DNA of 64,000 bases from an uncultured Alphaproteobacteria bacterium (GCA_944392815.1 CALXXY010000002.1:1-64000), one strand, 5' to 3'. Positions 9,955 through 23,308 are shown, counted from the stretch's first letter. Notes: generated by a model not told the origin, from the letters alone. A program made the numbers and translations.

Positions 9955-10311
9955 TTAAATTCTGATACCACCTGCACGGATTGCTTCGCACAGTGCCTTG
10001 ATTCTGCCGTGATAGCGATAACCACCGCGATCGAAATAGCAATTATCGGCAATGCCGGCCGCCACTGCACGTTCAGCAAATTTTTTGCCAACCAATTCAG
10101 CACCGGCAACATTCCACCCTTTGCCTTTGAAATCTTTTTCCTTGGACGATGCGGCGCAAACAGTGCGACCATGCACATCATCAATGGCCTGGATTTCAAT
10201 ATGACGACCCGAACGGAAAACCGACAAACGGATTTTGCCCGGATTTTTTCTTTTCAACGCACCGCGATTTGCCAATGTGCGTCTTTCTTCTGCAGACAAA
10301 TGTTTCAGCAT
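9955..10311 (-). CDS. rplR: 50S ribosomal protein L18
   Basis: RLSVFRS, FDRGGYRYHGRIKAL. Confidence 0.97.
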   Translation of the reverse strand: MLKHLSAEERRTLANRGALKRKNPGKIRLSVFRSGRHIEIQAIDDVHGRTVCAASSKEKDFKGKGWNVAGAELVGKKFAERAVAAGIADNCYFDRGGYRYHGRIKALCEAIRAGGIRI

Positions 10312-10361
10312 TTTGTTTCCTTTTGTATCCGATTCCCGTAACAGCGGGAATCAACTATTTA

Positions 10362-10913
10362 TTATTTCTTTTTACCTTCTTTGCGGCGGATTCTTTCACC
10401 CTTGTAAAAGATACCTTTGCCTTTATACGGATCCGCTTTGCGAACTTTGTGAATTTTATCAGCAAATTGACCCACCAAACATTTATCAATACCGCTGATG
10501 GCGAATTCAGTTGGTGTTTCACCCATTTTTACGGACAACCCAGCCGGGATTTCCATAATAACATCGTGTGAATAACCAGCAACCAAAACCAATTTGTTGC
10601 CACTGACGGACGCCTTATAACCAACGCCCTTCATGTACATTTCCTTGGTAAAACCATCGGTCACACCTTCTACTGCGGCACGAACATTGCGGGTCATAGT
10701 CCCCCACATTGCGCGCGATGTTTTATCTTCGGCATCTTTTGGTGTGACAACGACCTGATCAGATTCCACAACCACATCAACCAGGCCCGCATGTTTAGTA
10801 TCCAAAGAAACAGTCAATTCGCCCTTTGGCCCTTTGATAGTCAGCACGTCGCCTGCAATTGCCGCCGACACGCCATCTTTCAATTTAACTGGATGTTTTC
10901 CTGCACGAGACAT
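10362..10913 (-). CDS. rplF: 50S ribosomal protein L6
   Basis: MSRAGKHPV, KGPKGEL, DPYKGKGI..RRKEGK. Confidence 0.98.
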   Translation of the reverse strand: MSRAGKHPVKLKDGVSAAIAGDVLTIKGPKGELTVSLDTKHAGLVDVVVESDQVVVTPKDAEDKTSRAMWGTMTRNVRAAVEGVTDGFTKEMYMKGVGYKASVSGNKLVLVAGYSHDVIMEIPAGLSVKMGETPTEFAISGIDKCLVGQFADKIHKVRKADPYKGKGIFYKGERIRRKEGKKK

Positions 10914-10933
10914 AATTCAATCCTCACTATAAA

Positions 10934-11332
10934 TTAGATAACCTTGCACAATACTTCGCCACCGACATTCATCAGGCGCGCTTTGTGATCAGTCATAACA
11001 CCATTTGGCGTGGACACAATTGCGATACCCAATCCATTCAACACACGTGGCATTTTTGCACTGCCCGCGTAAACACGACGGCCAGGTTTTGAAACAACTG
11101 TAATTTCCTGGATTGCACCATTTCCGCCGACATATTTCAATTCAATGACCAAATTTGCACGATGTTCGTCAATTTGTTCTTTGCGGAAATCTGTAATAAA
11201 ACCTTCGTCCTTTAACACAGACAAAACCGCAGCGCGCAGTTTGCTGTTTGGAACGGTCACAAATTCTTTACCGGCATTCTGACCATTACGAATACGGGTC
11301 AGCATATCTCCGATTGGGTGTGATAATGACAT
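10934..11332 (-). CDS. rpsH: 30S ribosomal protein S8
   Basis: PIGDMLTRIRNG, SKPGRRVY, GGEVLC. Start moved to ATG 11332. Confidence 0.98.
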   Translation of the reverse strand: MSLSHPIGDMLTRIRNGQNAGKEFVTVPNSKLRAAVLSVLKDEGFITDFRKEQIDEHRANLVIELKYVGGNGAIQEITVVSKPGRRVYAGSAKMPRVLNGLGIAIVSTPNGVMTDHKARLMNVGGEVLCKVI

Positions 11333-11415
11333 CTTTTTGTACTCCTTGTTACTCGTTGGGGAAATCCCCGCGGAACCCAGCTGCATTGTCCACAACTGGG
11401 GTTAAAATTGCAAAA

Positions 11416-11718
11416 TTACCAACTGGATTTACGTACGCCCGGCAATTTACCTTCGGACGCCATGGTACGCACCTGTTGACGGCACAAACCGAACAGACGG
11501 AAATACCCACGTGCACGACCAGTCACCGCGCAACGATTATGCAAACGAGTGCGATTCGCATTACGCGGCAATTTTGCCAATTTCTTCATCGCTTCCATAC
11601 GTTCATCAGGCGTCGCATTCACAGACATTTTTGCCTTGATTGCGTCATGCTTTTTGGCGTATTGGGCGACCAATTTTTCACGTTTTTTCTGTTTATTTAT
11701 TAACGCTAATTTAGCCAT
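11416..11718 (-). CDS. rpsN: 30S ribosomal protein S14 (long form)
   Basis: LPRNA..R..NRCAVTGRARG, LPGVRKSSW. Confidence 0.98.
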   Translation of the reverse strand: MAKLALINKQKKREKLVAQYAKKHDAIKAKMSVNATPDERMEAMKKLAKLPRNANRTRLHNRCAVTGRARGYFRLFGLCRQQVRTMASEGKLPGVRKSSW

Positions 11719-11733
11719 ATTATATACCTTTTA

Positions 11734-12279
11734 TTATTTCAGAACCAGCGGCAAACCGATTTTAGTCAGCAATGCACGCGCTTCGTCATCTGTTTTTGCC
11801 GTTGTCGCAATAACGATATCCATACCGCGAATTGCGTCAATTTTATCCACGGAAATTTCCGGGAATATCAGGTGTTCTTTGATACCGAACGCATAATTAC
11901 CACGGCCGTCAAATTTTGATTTTGACAAACCACGGAAATCCTTTACACGCGGCAACGCAACAGTAATCAATTTATCCAGAAAATCATACATTCTTTTACC
12001 GCGCAACGTCACTTTGCAACCAATGGGTTGACCTTCGCGCAGACGATACGTAGCAATAGATTTTTTTGCACACGTAATAACAGTTTTCTGCGCGGCAATC
12101 GCCGTCAAATCAGCAGCGGCAGAATCCAATTTTTTCTTGTCTGCGACCGCTTCGCCAACGCCCATGTTCAAAACGATTTTACTCAATTTTGGAACTTCGA
12201 ACGGATTTTTGTACCCGAATTCTTTGACCAATTCAGGAACAATTTCTTTTTCATAAATTTCACGCAATCTGCTTTGCAT
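11734..12279 (-). CDS. rplE: 50S ribosomal protein L5
   Basis: [27 protein letters not shown]. Confidence 0.98.
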   Translation of the reverse strand: MQSRLREIYEKEIVPELVKEFGYKNPFEVPKLSKIVLNMGVGEAVADKKKLDSAAADLTAIAAQKTVITCAKKSIATYRLREGQPIGCKVTLRGKRMYDFLDKLITVALPRVKDFRGLSKSKFDGRGNYAFGIKEHLIFPEISVDKIDAIRGMDIVIATTAKTDDEARALLTKIGLPLVLK

Positions 12280-12326
12280 TTTTTATTCCTTAACGTTTTG
12301 TCCCCGTAACAGCGGGAACCAGTTTT

Positions 12327-12629
12327 TTATAATTCCGCACCGGATTTTTTTGCAATGCGAACTTTTTTGTCGCCGTCAACTTTGTACCCAACACGTGTGG
12401 CTTTTTTAGTTTTTGGATCCACCAACGCAACATTAGAAACATGGATTGGGGCCTCGCGGTCAACGATATGACCCGGTTGATCCTGGGTTGGTTTCACATG
12501 CCATTTGTGACGGTTAACACCTTCGACAACAACACGGGATTCAGACGGACGCGCCATCAGCACTTTGCCTTTGACACCCTTGTATTTTCCCGAAATAACT
12601 ATGACTTCATCGCCTTTTTTGATTTTCAT
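12327..12629 (-). CDS. rplX: 50S ribosomal protein L24
   Basis: [26 protein letters not shown]. Confidence 0.97.
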   Translation of the reverse strand: MKIKKGDEVIVISGKYKGVKGKVLMARPSESRVVVEGVNRHKWHVKPTQDQPGHIVDREAPIHVSNVALVDPKTKKATRVGYKVDGDKKVRIAKKSGAEL

Positions 12630-12662
12630 TTTATAACCCTTTGTCTGTTGCATTGCCCGGTA

Positions 12663-13037
12663 TTAAATAACCTCGGGTGCCAAAGATACAATTTTCTGAA
12701 CATCGTATTTGCGACGCACTTCACGCGCAATTGGCCCAAAAATACGTGTACCAATTGGTTCAAAATTATTTTTGTTAATCAATACGACCGCATTATCATC
12801 AAAGCGAATAATCGACCCGTCCGGACGTTTAACCGGAAATTTAGTACGAACGATAATGGCACGCTGCACAGTACCCTTTTGCACTTTACCGCGTGGAATC
12901 GCTTCTTTGATGGCGACAACGATTTTGTCCCCAACTGTCGCATAACGACGATGTGAACCGCCCAAAACCTTGATGCACATTGCTTTGCGTGCACCCGAGT
13001 TATCGGCCACTGTCATAACTGTTTCATTTTGTATCAT
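12663..13037 (-). CDS. rplN: 50S ribosomal protein L14
   Basis: [30 protein letters not shown]. Confidence 0.98.
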   Translation of the reverse strand: MIQNETVMTVADNSGARKAMCIKVLGGSHRRYATVGDKIVVAIKEAIPRGKVQKGTVQRAIIVRTKFPVKRPDGSIIRFDDNAVVLINKNNFEPIGTRIFGPIAREVRRKYDVQKIVSLAPEVI

Positions 13038-13135
13038 AACACTTCACCTTTTATCCTGCAGGCGGGGCAATCCCCCACCGCTTTGTTTCGGGTTCCGACT
13101 GCGCGGACGCGCCTCAAAGAACCCACAATTGTGTA

Positions 13136-13405
13136 TTATTCAGCAACGTCCACTGCTTCGTCTTTGGATACGCCAACGCGACCCTTTACGATCCAAGTTT
13201 TTGTCTTGGAAATCGGACGATGTTCTTCGATGGCAACGATATCACCAACTTTGTATTCGTTGTTTTCATCGTGTGCCTTGTATTTTTTATTCTGCTTCAC
13301 GAACTTGCCATACAGCGGGTGACGAAAACGACGTTCAACCTCTACCACGACAGTTTTGTCGTTTGCTGTACTTTTAACTGTTCCCTGCAGTATACGTCTT
13401 GGCAT
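13136..13405 (-). CDS. rpsQ: 30S ribosomal protein S17
   Basis: [23 protein letters not shown]. Confidence 0.98.
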   Translation of the reverse strand: MPRRILQGTVKSTANDKTVVVEVERRFRHPLYGKFVKQNKKYKAHDENNEYKVGDIVAIEEHRPISKTKTWIVKGRVGVSKDEAVDVAE

Positions 13406-13526
13406 AACTATAGTCCCTTATTCATTTTTTTGTATTTATACACACGTATAAATAACCACCATTTTTTACCCGATTTCGCAATATGATAACTAAAAATTTA
13501 GAAATCTCAACAAAAATCGGCAATTT

Positions 13527-13721
13527 TTATTTTTTCGTCGCGTTAATTGCTGTTTTCACGCGTGCGATTTCGCGACGGGTCTGACGCATAACATGAGTTT
13601 TCTGCATCTGGCCCGCAGCATGCTGAAAGCGTTGGTTCATCTGTTCTTTTTTCAGATTTTCCAATTTGCTCTGCAATGCTTCTGCTGTCAAAGCTTCTTT
13701 TTCAACTTTCTTTTCTGCCAT
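13527..13721 (-). CDS. rpmC: 50S ribosomal protein L29
   Basis: LKKEQMNQRFQ..RREIARVKT; operon position. Confidence 0.95.
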   Translation of the reverse strand: MAEKKVEKEALTAEALQSKLENLKKEQMNQRFQHAAGQMQKTHVMRQTRREIARVKTAINATKK

Positions 13722-13769
13722 TTTTTTAACCTTTCTGCCCTGGCCCGCGTGGCGGGTTGCATTGTGATA

Positions 13770-14183
13770 TTAATTGACCTTGCGTTCGACAACTTTTGTT
13801 TTAACCGGCAATTTTGCAGCCGCCAAAGCAAACGCTTCGTACGCAACTTCTGGTTTTACACCGTCCAATTCGAACAGGATACGGCCCGGTTTCACACGGC
13901 AAATCCAGTATTCAACCGCACCTTTACCCTTACCCATACGAACCTCGGCTGGTTTTTTGGTCACAGGAACATCTGGGAACACACGAATCCACAATTTACC
14001 CATACGACGCATATGACGGGTAATTGCACGACGTGCGGCCTCGATTTGACGCGCAGTCACACGTTCTGGCGTCATTGCTTTCAGCCCAAACGACCCAAAC
14101 GCCAATTCACTGCCGCCTTTGGCCAGCCCGTGAATACGGCCTTTGTGCTGTTTGCGAAATTTTGTTTTATTTGGCATTAACAT
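13770..14183 (-). CDS. rplP: 50S ribosomal protein L16
   Basis: [20 protein letters not shown]. Confidence 0.98.
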   Translation of the reverse strand: MLMPNKTKFRKQHKGRIHGLAKGGSELAFGSFGLKAMTPERVTARQIEAARRAITRHMRRMGKLWIRVFPDVPVTKKPAEVRMGKGKGAVEYWICRVKPGRILFELDGVKPEVAYEAFALAAAKLPVKTKVVERKVN

Positions 14184-14250
14184 AATAACAACCTTTTAAT
14201 TTCTGTATTTAATTTTTGATTTCCCGACACCATATAGATGCCGTCAAAAA

Positions 14251-14952
14251 TTATTTGCTCTTTTTTTCGCTGCTGCCGGCATATTCAGCGGGACGCGCCA
14301 TTTCAGATGCCAGCTTTTCTTTATTCACGACATCACCAGTGTAAATCCAAACCTTTACACCAATAACACCGTACGTTGTTTTCGCCTGAATTGACGCATA
14401 GTCAATATCAGCACGCAATGTGTGCAATGGAATACGACCCTCGCGGATTTGTTCGCTGCGGGCAATTTCCGCACCATTCAGACGGCCAGAACACATCACT
14501 TTGATACCCTGGGCACCTGCCTTGACGGCGTTCTGAACGGCTTTTTTCATTGCACGTTTAAAGGACACACGCCCTTCGATTTGTTGTGCAATATTCTGCG
14601 CAACCAATTGCGCATTTAAATCCGGGCGACGCACTTCGTAAATGTTCACAACAACCTGGTCGTTTTTAACCAATTTTTTGATGTCGTTGCGCAACGCTTC
14701 GATATCGGCACCATTTTTACCGATAATCATACCCGGACGAGATGTGTGGATTGTCACCACAACCTTTTTGGCAAATCGTTCAATAACGACCTTGGCCAAA
14801 CCGGCTTTTTTCAATTTACGTTCAATAAATTTGCGAATTTTGATATCTTCGGCCAACAAATTCGCATAGTCACGTTTGCCAGCAATCCAACGCGAATCCG
14901 TCACTTTGTTAATAAATTCACGCAATGAAATTGGCGATACTTTCTGTCCCAT
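14251..14952 (-). CDS. rpsC: 30S ribosomal protein S3
   Basis: [31 protein letters not shown]. Confidence 0.98.
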   Translation of the reverse strand: MGQKVSPISLREFINKVTDSRWIAGKRDYANLLAEDIKIRKFIERKLKKAGLAKVVIERFAKKVVVTIHTSRPGMIIGKNGADIEALRNDIKKLVKNDQVVVNIYEVRRPDLNAQLVAQNIAQQIEGRVSFKRAMKKAVQNAVKAGAQGIKVMCSGRLNGAEIARSEQIREGRIPLHTLRADIDYASIQAKTTYGVIGVKVWIYTGDVVNKEKLASEMARPAEYAGSSEKKSK

Positions 14953-15045
14953 TTTTTGTTTTCCTTGTCTGTTTTATGGCAAGTGTTCTTGAAGACCGGC
15001 AACGTCTTTATTCAGGGCCCACGCCCATACCACTTGCCATGTGTA

Positions 15046-15474
15046 TTATTTTGCCTTTGCCTGTTTTGTTGTTTTTTCTGCCTTGGCTTTTGGTGCCTTT
15101 TTGGCTGGTGCAACACCAGATTCCAAAACAATCGTCAGATTTGAAAACGGTTTCAAAATCGGACGTGCACTACCACGTGGCCCCGGGAAAATACGTTTCA
15201 TTGTCAACGCTTTGCCACACCAAATTTCTTTGACGTACAAAGTTTCCACCGGCAGATTTTTGTTATGTTCTGCATTTGCGATGGCCGACAACAAAGTTTT
15301 CAGCACTTCGCCAGACACACGTTTTTTCGAAAATTTCAGGACGTCAATTGCACGTTCAACCGGCAAACCACGCACCAAATCGCAAACCAGATTCAATTTC
15401 TGGTGGCTGATGCGGATTAATTTATTGAACGCACGCACCTGATTATCTTTGATTCCATATCTTGTCGTTGTCAT
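15046..15474 (-). CDS. rplV: 50S ribosomal protein L22 with Lys/Ala-rich tail
   Basis: RISHQKLNLVCDLVRG, SAIANAEHN. Confidence 0.97.
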   Translation of the reverse strand: MTTTRYGIKDNQVRAFNKLIRISHQKLNLVCDLVRGLPVERAIDVLKFSKKRVSGEVLKTLLSAIANAEHNKNLPVETLYVKEIWCGKALTMKRIFPGPRGSARPILKPFSNLTIVLESGVAPAKKAPKAKAEKTTKQAKAK

Positions 15475-15489
15475 AACTGCTACCCTTTA

Positions 15490-15774
15490 TTATTTCTTGG
15501 CGGCGGCCGCTTTTTTATTTGCCGCGTGACCTTTGAACGTACGCGTTGGTGCAAATTCACCCAATTTGTGACCAATCATATCCTCTACGATGGACACAGG
15601 AATGAATTTATTACCATTGTGAACTTCGAACGTCAACCCAACCATCGGCGGCACAATTGTGCTGCTGCGGGACCAGGTCTTAATCGGCTTGTGGTCATTT
15701 TTTTCGTTTGCCGCCGCGGTCTTTTTCAAGACGGACGGGTGAACATAAGGACCTTTCCATACTGAACGAGACAT
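15490..15774 (-). CDS. rpsS: 30S ribosomal protein S19
   Basis: [28 protein letters not shown]. Confidence 0.98.
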   Translation of the reverse strand: MSRSVWKGPYVHPSVLKKTAAANEKNDHKPIKTWSRSSTIVPPMVGLTFEVHNGNKFIPVSIVEDMIGHKLGEFAPTRTFKGHAANKKAAAAKK

Positions 15775-15796
15775 CAATTACTCCGTTTATTTTATA

Positions 15797-16630
<834 letters not shown>

Positions 16631-16704
16631 TTTATTCTTACCTTATGTTTATCCCAGAACACTAACACCCAATATATTTCAGGTTCTCTGTCCTGGTACG
16701 ATTA

Positions 16705-17040
16705 TTACTGTACGTTTGCCGATAAATCCAACTTAGCATCTGCCGGCAAAGATACATATGCTTTTTTAACTGTGCGCTGTGTGCCCATGCCACGACCACG
16801 GAAAGATTTCTCTTTACCTTTGACGACAACAATATTGACCTTGACAGGTTTTACATTGTAAATCGCCTGAATGGCACGTGCGACATCTTCTTTGGTTGCA
16901 TTTGCAGCAACTTCGAACGCAACGCCATTGCTTTCAGACAGTTTTGCTGACTTTTCCGAGATTATCGGGCGACGCAGTATATCATAAATACCAGCGGAGC
17001 GCACGATTTTTTTCTCTGTATTAACTTTCTTTTCTGCCAT
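16705..17040 (-). CDS. rplW: 50S ribosomal protein L23
   Basis: RPIISEKS, KKAYVSL; start ATG 17040. Confidence 0.95.
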   Translation of the reverse strand: MAEKKVNTEKKIVRSAGIYDILRRPIISEKSAKLSESNGVAFEVAANATKEDVARAIQAIYNVKPVKVNIVVVKGKEKSFRGRGMGTQRTVKKAYVSLPADAKLDLSANVQ

Positions 17041-17077
17041 TTTGTTATACCTTTGTTCGTATTGCACCATGACAAAA

Positions 17078-17707
17078 TTATGCCAGGCGCGCCTCCACCG
17101 CTTTGACCGCGTCAGCAGTCAAAACCAACTTGTCATGTTTCAGAATATCCAGCACATTCAAACCAATTGTCGGCAAAGCGTCAATGTTTGGAATGTTTGC
17201 TGCGGATTTCTGGAAATTAACGTCCACCGTGTCGCCACCAACAAACAACGCGGAATCCAAATTCAGTTTTTTCAACTGCTTGGCCAACGCACCTGTTTTT
17301 GCGGACGACAATTTTTCGGAATCAATCACAATCAAATTGCCATCTTTGGCCTTGGACGACAAAGCCATTTTCAAACCCAAAGCACGGATTTTTTTCGGCA
17401 AATCAATTTCGTGACTGCGAACAACTGGCCCATGAACAACACCACCGCCACGCATGTGAACATTATATCTTTCACCCTGACGCGCATTACCAGTTTTTTT
17501 CTGTTTGAATGCTTTTTTACCGCTGCCGGCGACATCGGATACAGTTTTCACTGCATGGGTACCTGCACGGGCCTTGGCACGCTGCCAAGTCACAACACGA
17601 TGCAAAATATCTGCACGCGCGTCCAACCCGAAAATCTGGTCTGCCAATTCAACTTTGCCGACCGCTTTGCCATCAAAATTAATAACATCAATTTGCATTT
17701 TTTCCAC
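17078..17707 (-). CDS. rplD: 50S ribosomal protein L4
   Basis: RAGTHAVKT, QKKTGNARQG, RGGGVVHGP. Confidence 0.98.
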   Translation of the reverse strand: MEKMQIDVINFDGKAVGKVELADQIFGLDARADILHRVVTWQRAKARAGTHAVKTVSDVAGSGKKAFKQKKTGNARQGERYNVHMRGGGVVHGPVVRSHEIDLPKKIRALGLKMALSSKAKDGNLIVIDSEKLSSAKTGALAKQLKKLNLDSALFVGGDTVDVNFQKSAANIPNIDALPTIGLNVLDILKHDKLVLTADAVKAVEARLA

Positions 17708-17735
17708 CTTACTTTAATCTGTTGCCCCTGTTATA

Positions 17736-18485
17736 TTATTCCGCAACAGGTTCTGTTTCGGTTTCTGCTGCTGGTGCTGCCTGTTCTGCGACAGATTCAT
17801 CTGCATTCTGCGCAGCGGCTGCCTTGGTCGGGATTGGCAAATCATTTTGTTCTTTTTTCACCGCGTCACTGACCAACACAAATGTGCCATTTGCGCCTGG
17901 GACTGCACCTTCGACAAAGATTAAATTTTCTGATTCATCAATGCCGAACACTTTCAAATTCTGCACGGTCACGATTTCATTACCCATCTGACCAGCCATT
18001 TTTTTACCTTTTAACACGCGGCCTGGCCATTCACGCATACCTGTACCACCGATGGAACGATGTGCCTTTAACACACCGTGGGTTGCTTCTTTACCGCCAA
18101 AGTTATGACGTTTCATAGCACCCTGGAAACCTTTACCTTTGCTGGTTGCCTGGACATCGACGAATTGACCGGCAATAAAATGCGCTGCGGACAACGGTGT
18201 TCCCACAGGAATCATACAATCATCAGACACACGAAATTCAACAACTTTGCGATATGGTTTCACGCCTGCTTTTTCTGCCGCGACCACCTGTGGCTTTGCG
18301 ACATGTTTTGCTTTGGCTTCGCGCATACCCAAAACATTTGCGACATAACCATTTTTTTCCACTGTACGATTGCCAATAACCGTGCAATCACCGACGGACA
18401 AAACAGTCACAGGGTGTGCCACGCCACCGTCGTCATACAAACGTGTCATACCTATTTTAGTTGTAATTAAACCGCTACGTTTCAT
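17736..18485 (-). CDS. rplC: 50S ribosomal protein L3
   Basis: KIGMT, SKGKGFQGAMKRHNF, KGKKMAGQMG. Confidence 0.98.
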   Translation of the reverse strand: MKRSGLITTKIGMTRLYDDGGVAHPVTVLSVGDCTVIGNRTVEKNGYVANVLGMREAKAKHVAKPQVVAAEKAGVKPYRKVVEFRVSDDCMIPVGTPLSAAHFIAGQFVDVQATSKGKGFQGAMKRHNFGGKEATHGVLKAHRSIGGTGMREWPGRVLKGKKMAGQMGNEIVTVQNLKVFGIDESENLIFVEGAVPGANGTFVLVSDAVKKEQNDLPIPTKAAAAQNADESVAEQAAPAAETETEPVAE

Positions 18486-18571
18486 TTTATTTGCCTTTAT
18501 TCGTTAGTAGGTTGGGCGACAGTACACACCATTTTTACGTTCGTCCAACACAAACAATACATTACCCTTTG

Positions 18572-18883
18572 TTATAATTTAATTTTCACATCAACACCGG
18601 ACGCCAAATCCAACTTCATCAATGCATCTACTGTCTGAGGGGTTGGATTCACGATATCAACAACCGCTTTGTGATTGCGAATTTCAAATTGTTCGCGCGA
18701 TTTTTTATTGATGTGTGGCGAACGGTTCACAGTAAATTTCTTAATCAATGTCGGCAAGCGAACGGGTCCAACTACCTCTGCGCCAGTGCGCTTTGCAGTT
18801 TTGACTATCTCGTCCACAGATTCCATTAACACCCTGTGATCAAACGCTGTCAATTTGATGCGAATTTTAGATGCTGGTACCAT
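18572..18883 (-). CDS. rpsJ: 30S ribosomal protein S10
   Basis: [24 protein letters not shown]. Confidence 0.98.
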   Translation of the reverse strand: MVPASKIRIKLTAFDHRVLMESVDEIVKTAKRTGAEVVGPVRLPTLIKKFTVNRSPHINKKSREQFEIRNHKAVVDIVNPTPQTVDALMKLDLASGVDVKIKL

Positions 18884-18965
18884 TTGTTCGTTTTCCTTAT
18901 CGTTATTCCGGGCCGGTAATCACTGGCGTTAAATTCCAGTTACACCGACCCGCGACATTTGTTTA

Positions 18966-20153
18966 TTATTTGATGATTTTCGATACAACACCTGCGCCAA
19001 CTGTGCGTCCGCCTTCACGGATAGCAAAGCGACGGCCTTCGTCCATAGCAATAGGTGCAATCAGTTGCACTGTGATACGGACGTTATCACCCGGCAGAAC
19101 CATTTCTTTGTCAGCCGGCAGTGTAATTGTACCAGTCACGTCTGTTGTGCTGAAGTAGAACTGCGGACGATAGTTGCTAAAGAACGCAGTGTGACGTCCA
19201 CCTTCTTCTTTGGTCAGAATATAAACTTCGGCTTCGAAATCTGTGTGTGGGGTAATAGAACCCGGTTTGCAGATAATCTGGCCACGTTCCACATCTTCTT
19301 TTTTGGTTCCACGCAACAGCAAACCAACGTTATCACCGGCTTCACCCTGATCCAGCAATTTGCGGAACATTTCAACACCGGTCACAGTTGTTTTCTGTGT
19401 CGGACGCAGACCAACGATTTCGCATTCATCACCAACTTTGACGGTACCGGCTTCGATACGACCTGTCACCACTGTACCACGACCTGTGATAGAAAACACG
19501 TCTTCGATTGGCATCAAGAACGGTTTATCAACTGGACGTTCTGGCAATGGGATATATTCATCGCATGCTTTCAACAAAGCGTCAATAGATTCTTTGCCCA
19601 AACCGTCATTTTTGCCTTCCAATGCGGAAACGGCAGAACCACGAATGATTGGCACATTTTCACCGTCGAAATCGTTCGCAGACAACAGTTCACGAATTTC
19701 CATTTCGACCAATTCCAACAATTCAGGATCGTTCGCCAAATCGCATTTGTTCAGATAAACAACGATTTTTGGAATACCCACCTGGCGTGCCAACAGAATG
19801 TGTTCACGTGTCTGAGGCATAGGACCATCAGTCGCGGCCACAACCAAAATCGCACCGTCCATCTGGGCAGCACCGGTAATCATGTTTTTAACATAGTCCG
19901 CGTGCCCCGGGCAGTCAACGTGCGCATAATGACGATGTTCTGTTTCGTATTCAACGTGCGCTGTGTTAATTGTAATACCGCGTGCGCGTTCTTCTGGGGC
20001 ATTATCGATTTGATCAACACCTTTGGACTGATCAGCACCGACGCCATAGTAGTGAACGATAGCAGCAGTCAATGTTGTTTTACCATGGTCAACGTGACCA
20101 ATTGTACCAATATTGACGTGTGGCTTGGTTCTTACATATTTTTCTTTTGCCAT
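18966..20153 (-). CDS. tuf: Elongation factor Tu
   Basis: [34 protein letters not shown]. Confidence 0.99.
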   Translation of the reverse strand: MAKEKYVRTKPHVNIGTIGHVDHGKTTLTAAIVHYYGVGADQSKGVDQIDNAPEERARGITINTAHVEYETEHRHYAHVDCPGHADYVKNMITGAAQMDGAILVVAATDGPMPQTREHILLARQVGIPKIVVYLNKCDLANDPELLELVEMEIRELLSANDFDGENVPIIRGSAVSALEGKNDGLGKESIDALLKACDEYIPLPERPVDKPFLMPIEDVFSITGRGTVVTGRIEAGTVKVGDECEIVGLRPTQKTTVTGVEMFRKLLDQGEAGDNVGLLLRGTKKEDVERGQIICKPGSITPHTDFEAEVYILTKEEGGRHTAFFSNYRPQFYFSTTDVTGTITLPADKEMVLPGDNVRITVQLIAPIAMDEGRRFAIREGGRTVGAGVVSKIIK

Positions 20154-20262
20154 AGTTTTTTCTCCTTGGGCTTTGTTAAGTTTGATTTCTGAAATCTGAT
20201 TTCCGATTCATTACAACAAATCATAAACCAGAAATCAAAAATCACAATCTTTTTTTATATTT

Positions 20263-22344
20263 TTATTTTGTCAGTTTTTTTATAACCTCGTCTGCGACAT
20301 TTTTCGGCACTTCGGCATAGTGGGACAATTCCATATACGGATTTGCACGCCCCTGTGACAAAGAACGCAATGTCTTGACATATCCGAACAGATTTGCCAA
20401 TGGAACGAATGCCGAAATCAACTGATTACCGAATTGTGTTTCAATACCGTTGATTTGTCCACGACGACTGTTCAGGTCCCCGATGATATCACCGACGTAT
20501 TCTTCCGGTGTATTAACCGAAAGTTTCATAATCGGTTCCAACAACTTTGGCGCTGCTTTTTTCATTGCTTCGCGGAAGCACGCACGCGCCGCAATTTCAA
20601 AGCACAACACATTGGAATCGACTTCGTGGTATTTACCATCAACCAATGTCGCTTTGAAATCCACAGTGGGATAGCCAATCAGAACACCTGTCTGTTGCGC
20701 TATCTTTAACCCTTTTTCAACACCGGGGATATATTCTTTTGGAATAGCCCCACCAACAATCTTGTTTTCAAATTCATACCCAGTGCCCGGTTCCAACGGT
20801 TCAAATTCAATTTTCACCTGGGCATACTGACCAGAACCACCCGACTGTTTTTTGTGTGTGTATTCTTCTGTGACAGGTTTACCAAACGCCTCGCGGTATG
20901 CGATACGTGGTTCACCAACATTAACGTCAACTTTGAATTCACGGGACAAACGATCAACCAAAATTTCCAGGTGCAATTCACCAACACCCGCCAAAATCGT
21001 TTGACCAGATTCTTCGTCAACCGACACGTGGAACGACGGATCTTCTTTGGCCAACGCCTGCAGACCCAACGACATTTTTTCGATATCGGCCTTGGTTTTC
21101 GGTTCCACAGCAATGCTCATAACCGGATCTGGAACGTGAATATTTTCCAAAATAATCGGATTGGCTTCGTCACACAGCGTATCACCAGTAATAGTTTCCT
21201 TCATACCAACCAATGTGATAATATCACCGGCAGATGCCTCTTTGATTTCTTCGCGTTGATTGGAATGCATCAGCAACATACGACCCACGCGTTCACGTTT
21301 GTCGCGGTTGGAATTATAGATGTACGACCCAGACACCAATTTACCAGAATAAATACGAATGAACATCAGGTTTCCAACAAATGGGTCATTGGCAACCTTG
21401 AACGCCAGTGCGCTGAACGGTTCTTTTGGATCAGCATGACGTTCAATAACAGTTGTTTTGTCCATCGCAGTACCCTTGATTGCCGGGATATCCAACGGAC
21501 TGGGCAAATAATCAACAATTGCGTCCAACAACGGCTGAACACCTTTGTTTTTAAATGCAGTCCCGCACAACACAGGGTTGAAATTCTGAGCAATTGTACC
21601 CTTGCGGATTAATTTTTTGATTGTGGCGACATCGGGCTTTTTGCCTTCCATGTACGCTTCCATAATCTCGTCGTCCAGGGTGACAACTTCTTCGATTAAT
21701 TTGTTGTGTAATTCCTCGGCTTTTTCCTTTAAATCATCTGGAATATCGATGACATGCGGATCTTTACCCAGGTCATCTTCCCAAACGATACCGCGCATTT
21801 CGACAACATCAACCACGCCGCGGAAATCGGATTCAGCCCCAATTGGGAAATTAACAACCAACGGATTTGCACCCAAACGTTCACGAATCATATCGACACA
21901 GCGGAAAAAGTTTCCACCAATACGATCCATTTTGTTAACAAAGCAAATACGCGGCACATTATAACGATCGGCCTGGCGCCACACAGTTTCAGTTTGTGGC
22001 TGAACCCCAGACACAGATTCAAACACCGCAACGGCACCGTCCAACACACGCAGTGAACGTTCCACTTCCATAGTGAAATCCACGTGCCCCGGGGTATCAA
22101 TCAGGTTAATACGGTGATCGCGCCAGAAACACGTAGTTGCCGCGGACGTAATTGTAATACCGCGTTCCTGTTCCTGTTCCATCCAGTCCATTGTCGCGCC
22201 ACCATCGTGCACTTCGCCAATTTTGTATGTCTTTCCGGTATAGAACAAAATACGTTCAGACGTTGTTGTTTTACCCGCGTCGATGTGCGCCATAATACCG
22301 ATATTGCGGTACATATGCAAAGGTGCTGTTTTTCCGACTGACAT
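20263..22344 (-). CDS. fusA: Elongation factor G
   Basis: [27 protein letters not shown]. Confidence 0.99.
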   Translation of the reverse strand: MSVGKTAPLHMYRNIGIMAHIDAGKTTTSERILFYTGKTYKIGEVHDGGATMDWMEQEQERGITITSAATTCFWRDHRINLIDTPGHVDFTMEVERSLRVLDGAVAVFESVSGVQPQTETVWRQADRYNVPRICFVNKMDRIGGNFFRCVDMIRERLGANPLVVNFPIGAESDFRGVVDVVEMRGIVWEDDLGKDPHVIDIPDDLKEKAEELHNKLIEEVVTLDDEIMEAYMEGKKPDVATIKKLIRKGTIAQNFNPVLCGTAFKNKGVQPLLDAIVDYLPSPLDIPAIKGTAMDKTTVIERHADPKEPFSALAFKVANDPFVGNLMFIRIYSGKLVSGSYIYNSNRDKRERVGRMLLMHSNQREEIKEASAGDIITLVGMKETITGDTLCDEANPIILENIHVPDPVMSIAVEPKTKADIEKMSLGLQALAKEDPSFHVSVDEESGQTILAGVGELHLEILVDRLSREFKVDVNVGEPRIAYREAFGKPVTEEYTHKKQSGGSGQYAQVKIEFEPLEPGTGYEFENKIVGGAIPKEYIPGVEKGLKIAQQTGVLIGYPTVDFKATLVDGKYHEVDSNVLCFEIAARACFREAMKKAAPKLLEPIMKLSVNTPEEYVGDIIGDLNSRRGQINGIETQFGNQLISAFVPLANLFGYVKTLRSLSQGRANPYMELSHYAEVPKNVADEVIKKLTK

Positions 22345-22389
22345 AAATTTTTTCCCCTTTTTATCTGTTGTCTGTGTTTATTTGCAAAA

Positions 22390-22863
22390 TTACCAACGGA
22401 AATGTGCGAACGCTTTATTGGCCTCGGCCATTTTATGCGTATCGATTTTCTTTTTGAATGCGCCACCCTGGCCATTCAGTGCATCGCGCAGTTCGCCGAA
22501 CAATCTGTCTTCCATTGAACGTTCGCCACGTTTGCGTGCAAACATAACCAACCAACGCAGTGCCAATGTCTGTTGACGCGCAGGTCTGACTTCGACCGGA
22601 ACCTGATAAGTTGCACCGCCAACACGACGCCCTTTTACCTCTACTGATGGTTTCAACGCATCGACCGCTTCTAAAAATGCAGCCAATTCATCGCCGTCTT
22701 TTGCAACTTTTTTCAGTTTTTCCAATGCACCATAAACGATATTTTCGGCAACTTCTTTTTTGCCGTCCCACATAACCACATTAATACATTTCGCAACAAC
22801 CAGATTGTTGTATTTTGAATCTGGCAAAATTTCACGTTTAGTTGCACTTTTACGTCTTGACAT
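22390..22863 (-). CDS. rpsG: 30S ribosomal protein S7
   Basis: [26 protein letters not shown]. Confidence 0.98.
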   Translation of the reverse strand: MSRRKSATKREILPDSKYNNLVVAKCINVVMWDGKKEVAENIVYGALEKLKKVAKDGDELAAFLEAVDALKPSVEVKGRRVGGATYQVPVEVRPARQQTLALRWLVMFARKRGERSMEDRLFGELRDALNGQGGAFKKKIDTHKMAEANKAFAHFRW

Positions 22864-22936
22864 TTTTACTATCCTTTTATTGCTTCATCTGGGTTTTCCC
22901 AAATTACTCACACGGGCCACCCCGCGTGTATGATTA

Positions 22937-23308
22937 TTATTTAGCCACCTTGGCACCATACAGGGAACGTCCCTGTTTTCTGCTTTCGACACCCTTGGTA
23001 TCCAGAACACCACGAATGATGTGATATTTCACACCGGGCAAGTCCTTTACACGACCGCCACGAATCATAACAACGCTGTGTTCCTGCAGATTATGACCCT
23101 CGCCCGGGATATAGGCCGTCACTTCGCGACCATTGGCCAATTTAACACGAGCCACTTTACGCTGGGCCGAATTAGGTTTTTTAGGCGTGGTTGTGTACAC
23201 ACGTGTGCAAACACCACGTTTTTGCGGGGCCTGCATCATATCGGGCGCAGTTGATTTAACAACGACCTTTTTGCGCGGCTTCCGAATCAGTTGATTTACT
23301 GTTGGCAT
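22937..23308 (-). CDS. rpsL: 30S ribosomal protein S12
   Basis: [18 protein letters not shown]. Confidence 0.99.
   Translation of the reverse strand: MPTVNQLIRKPRKKVVVKSTAPDMMQAPQKRGVCTRVYTTTPKKPNSAQRKVARVKLANGREVTAYIPGEGHNLQEHSVVMIRGGRVKDLPGVKYHIIRGVLDTKGVESRKQGRSLYGAKVAK

Noticed and set aside
8929-10341. 470-aa plus-strand ORF, and similar ones such as 19065-20192, 17042-17872 and 43674-44492
   Set aside because: Antisense shadows of well-supported minus-strand genes.
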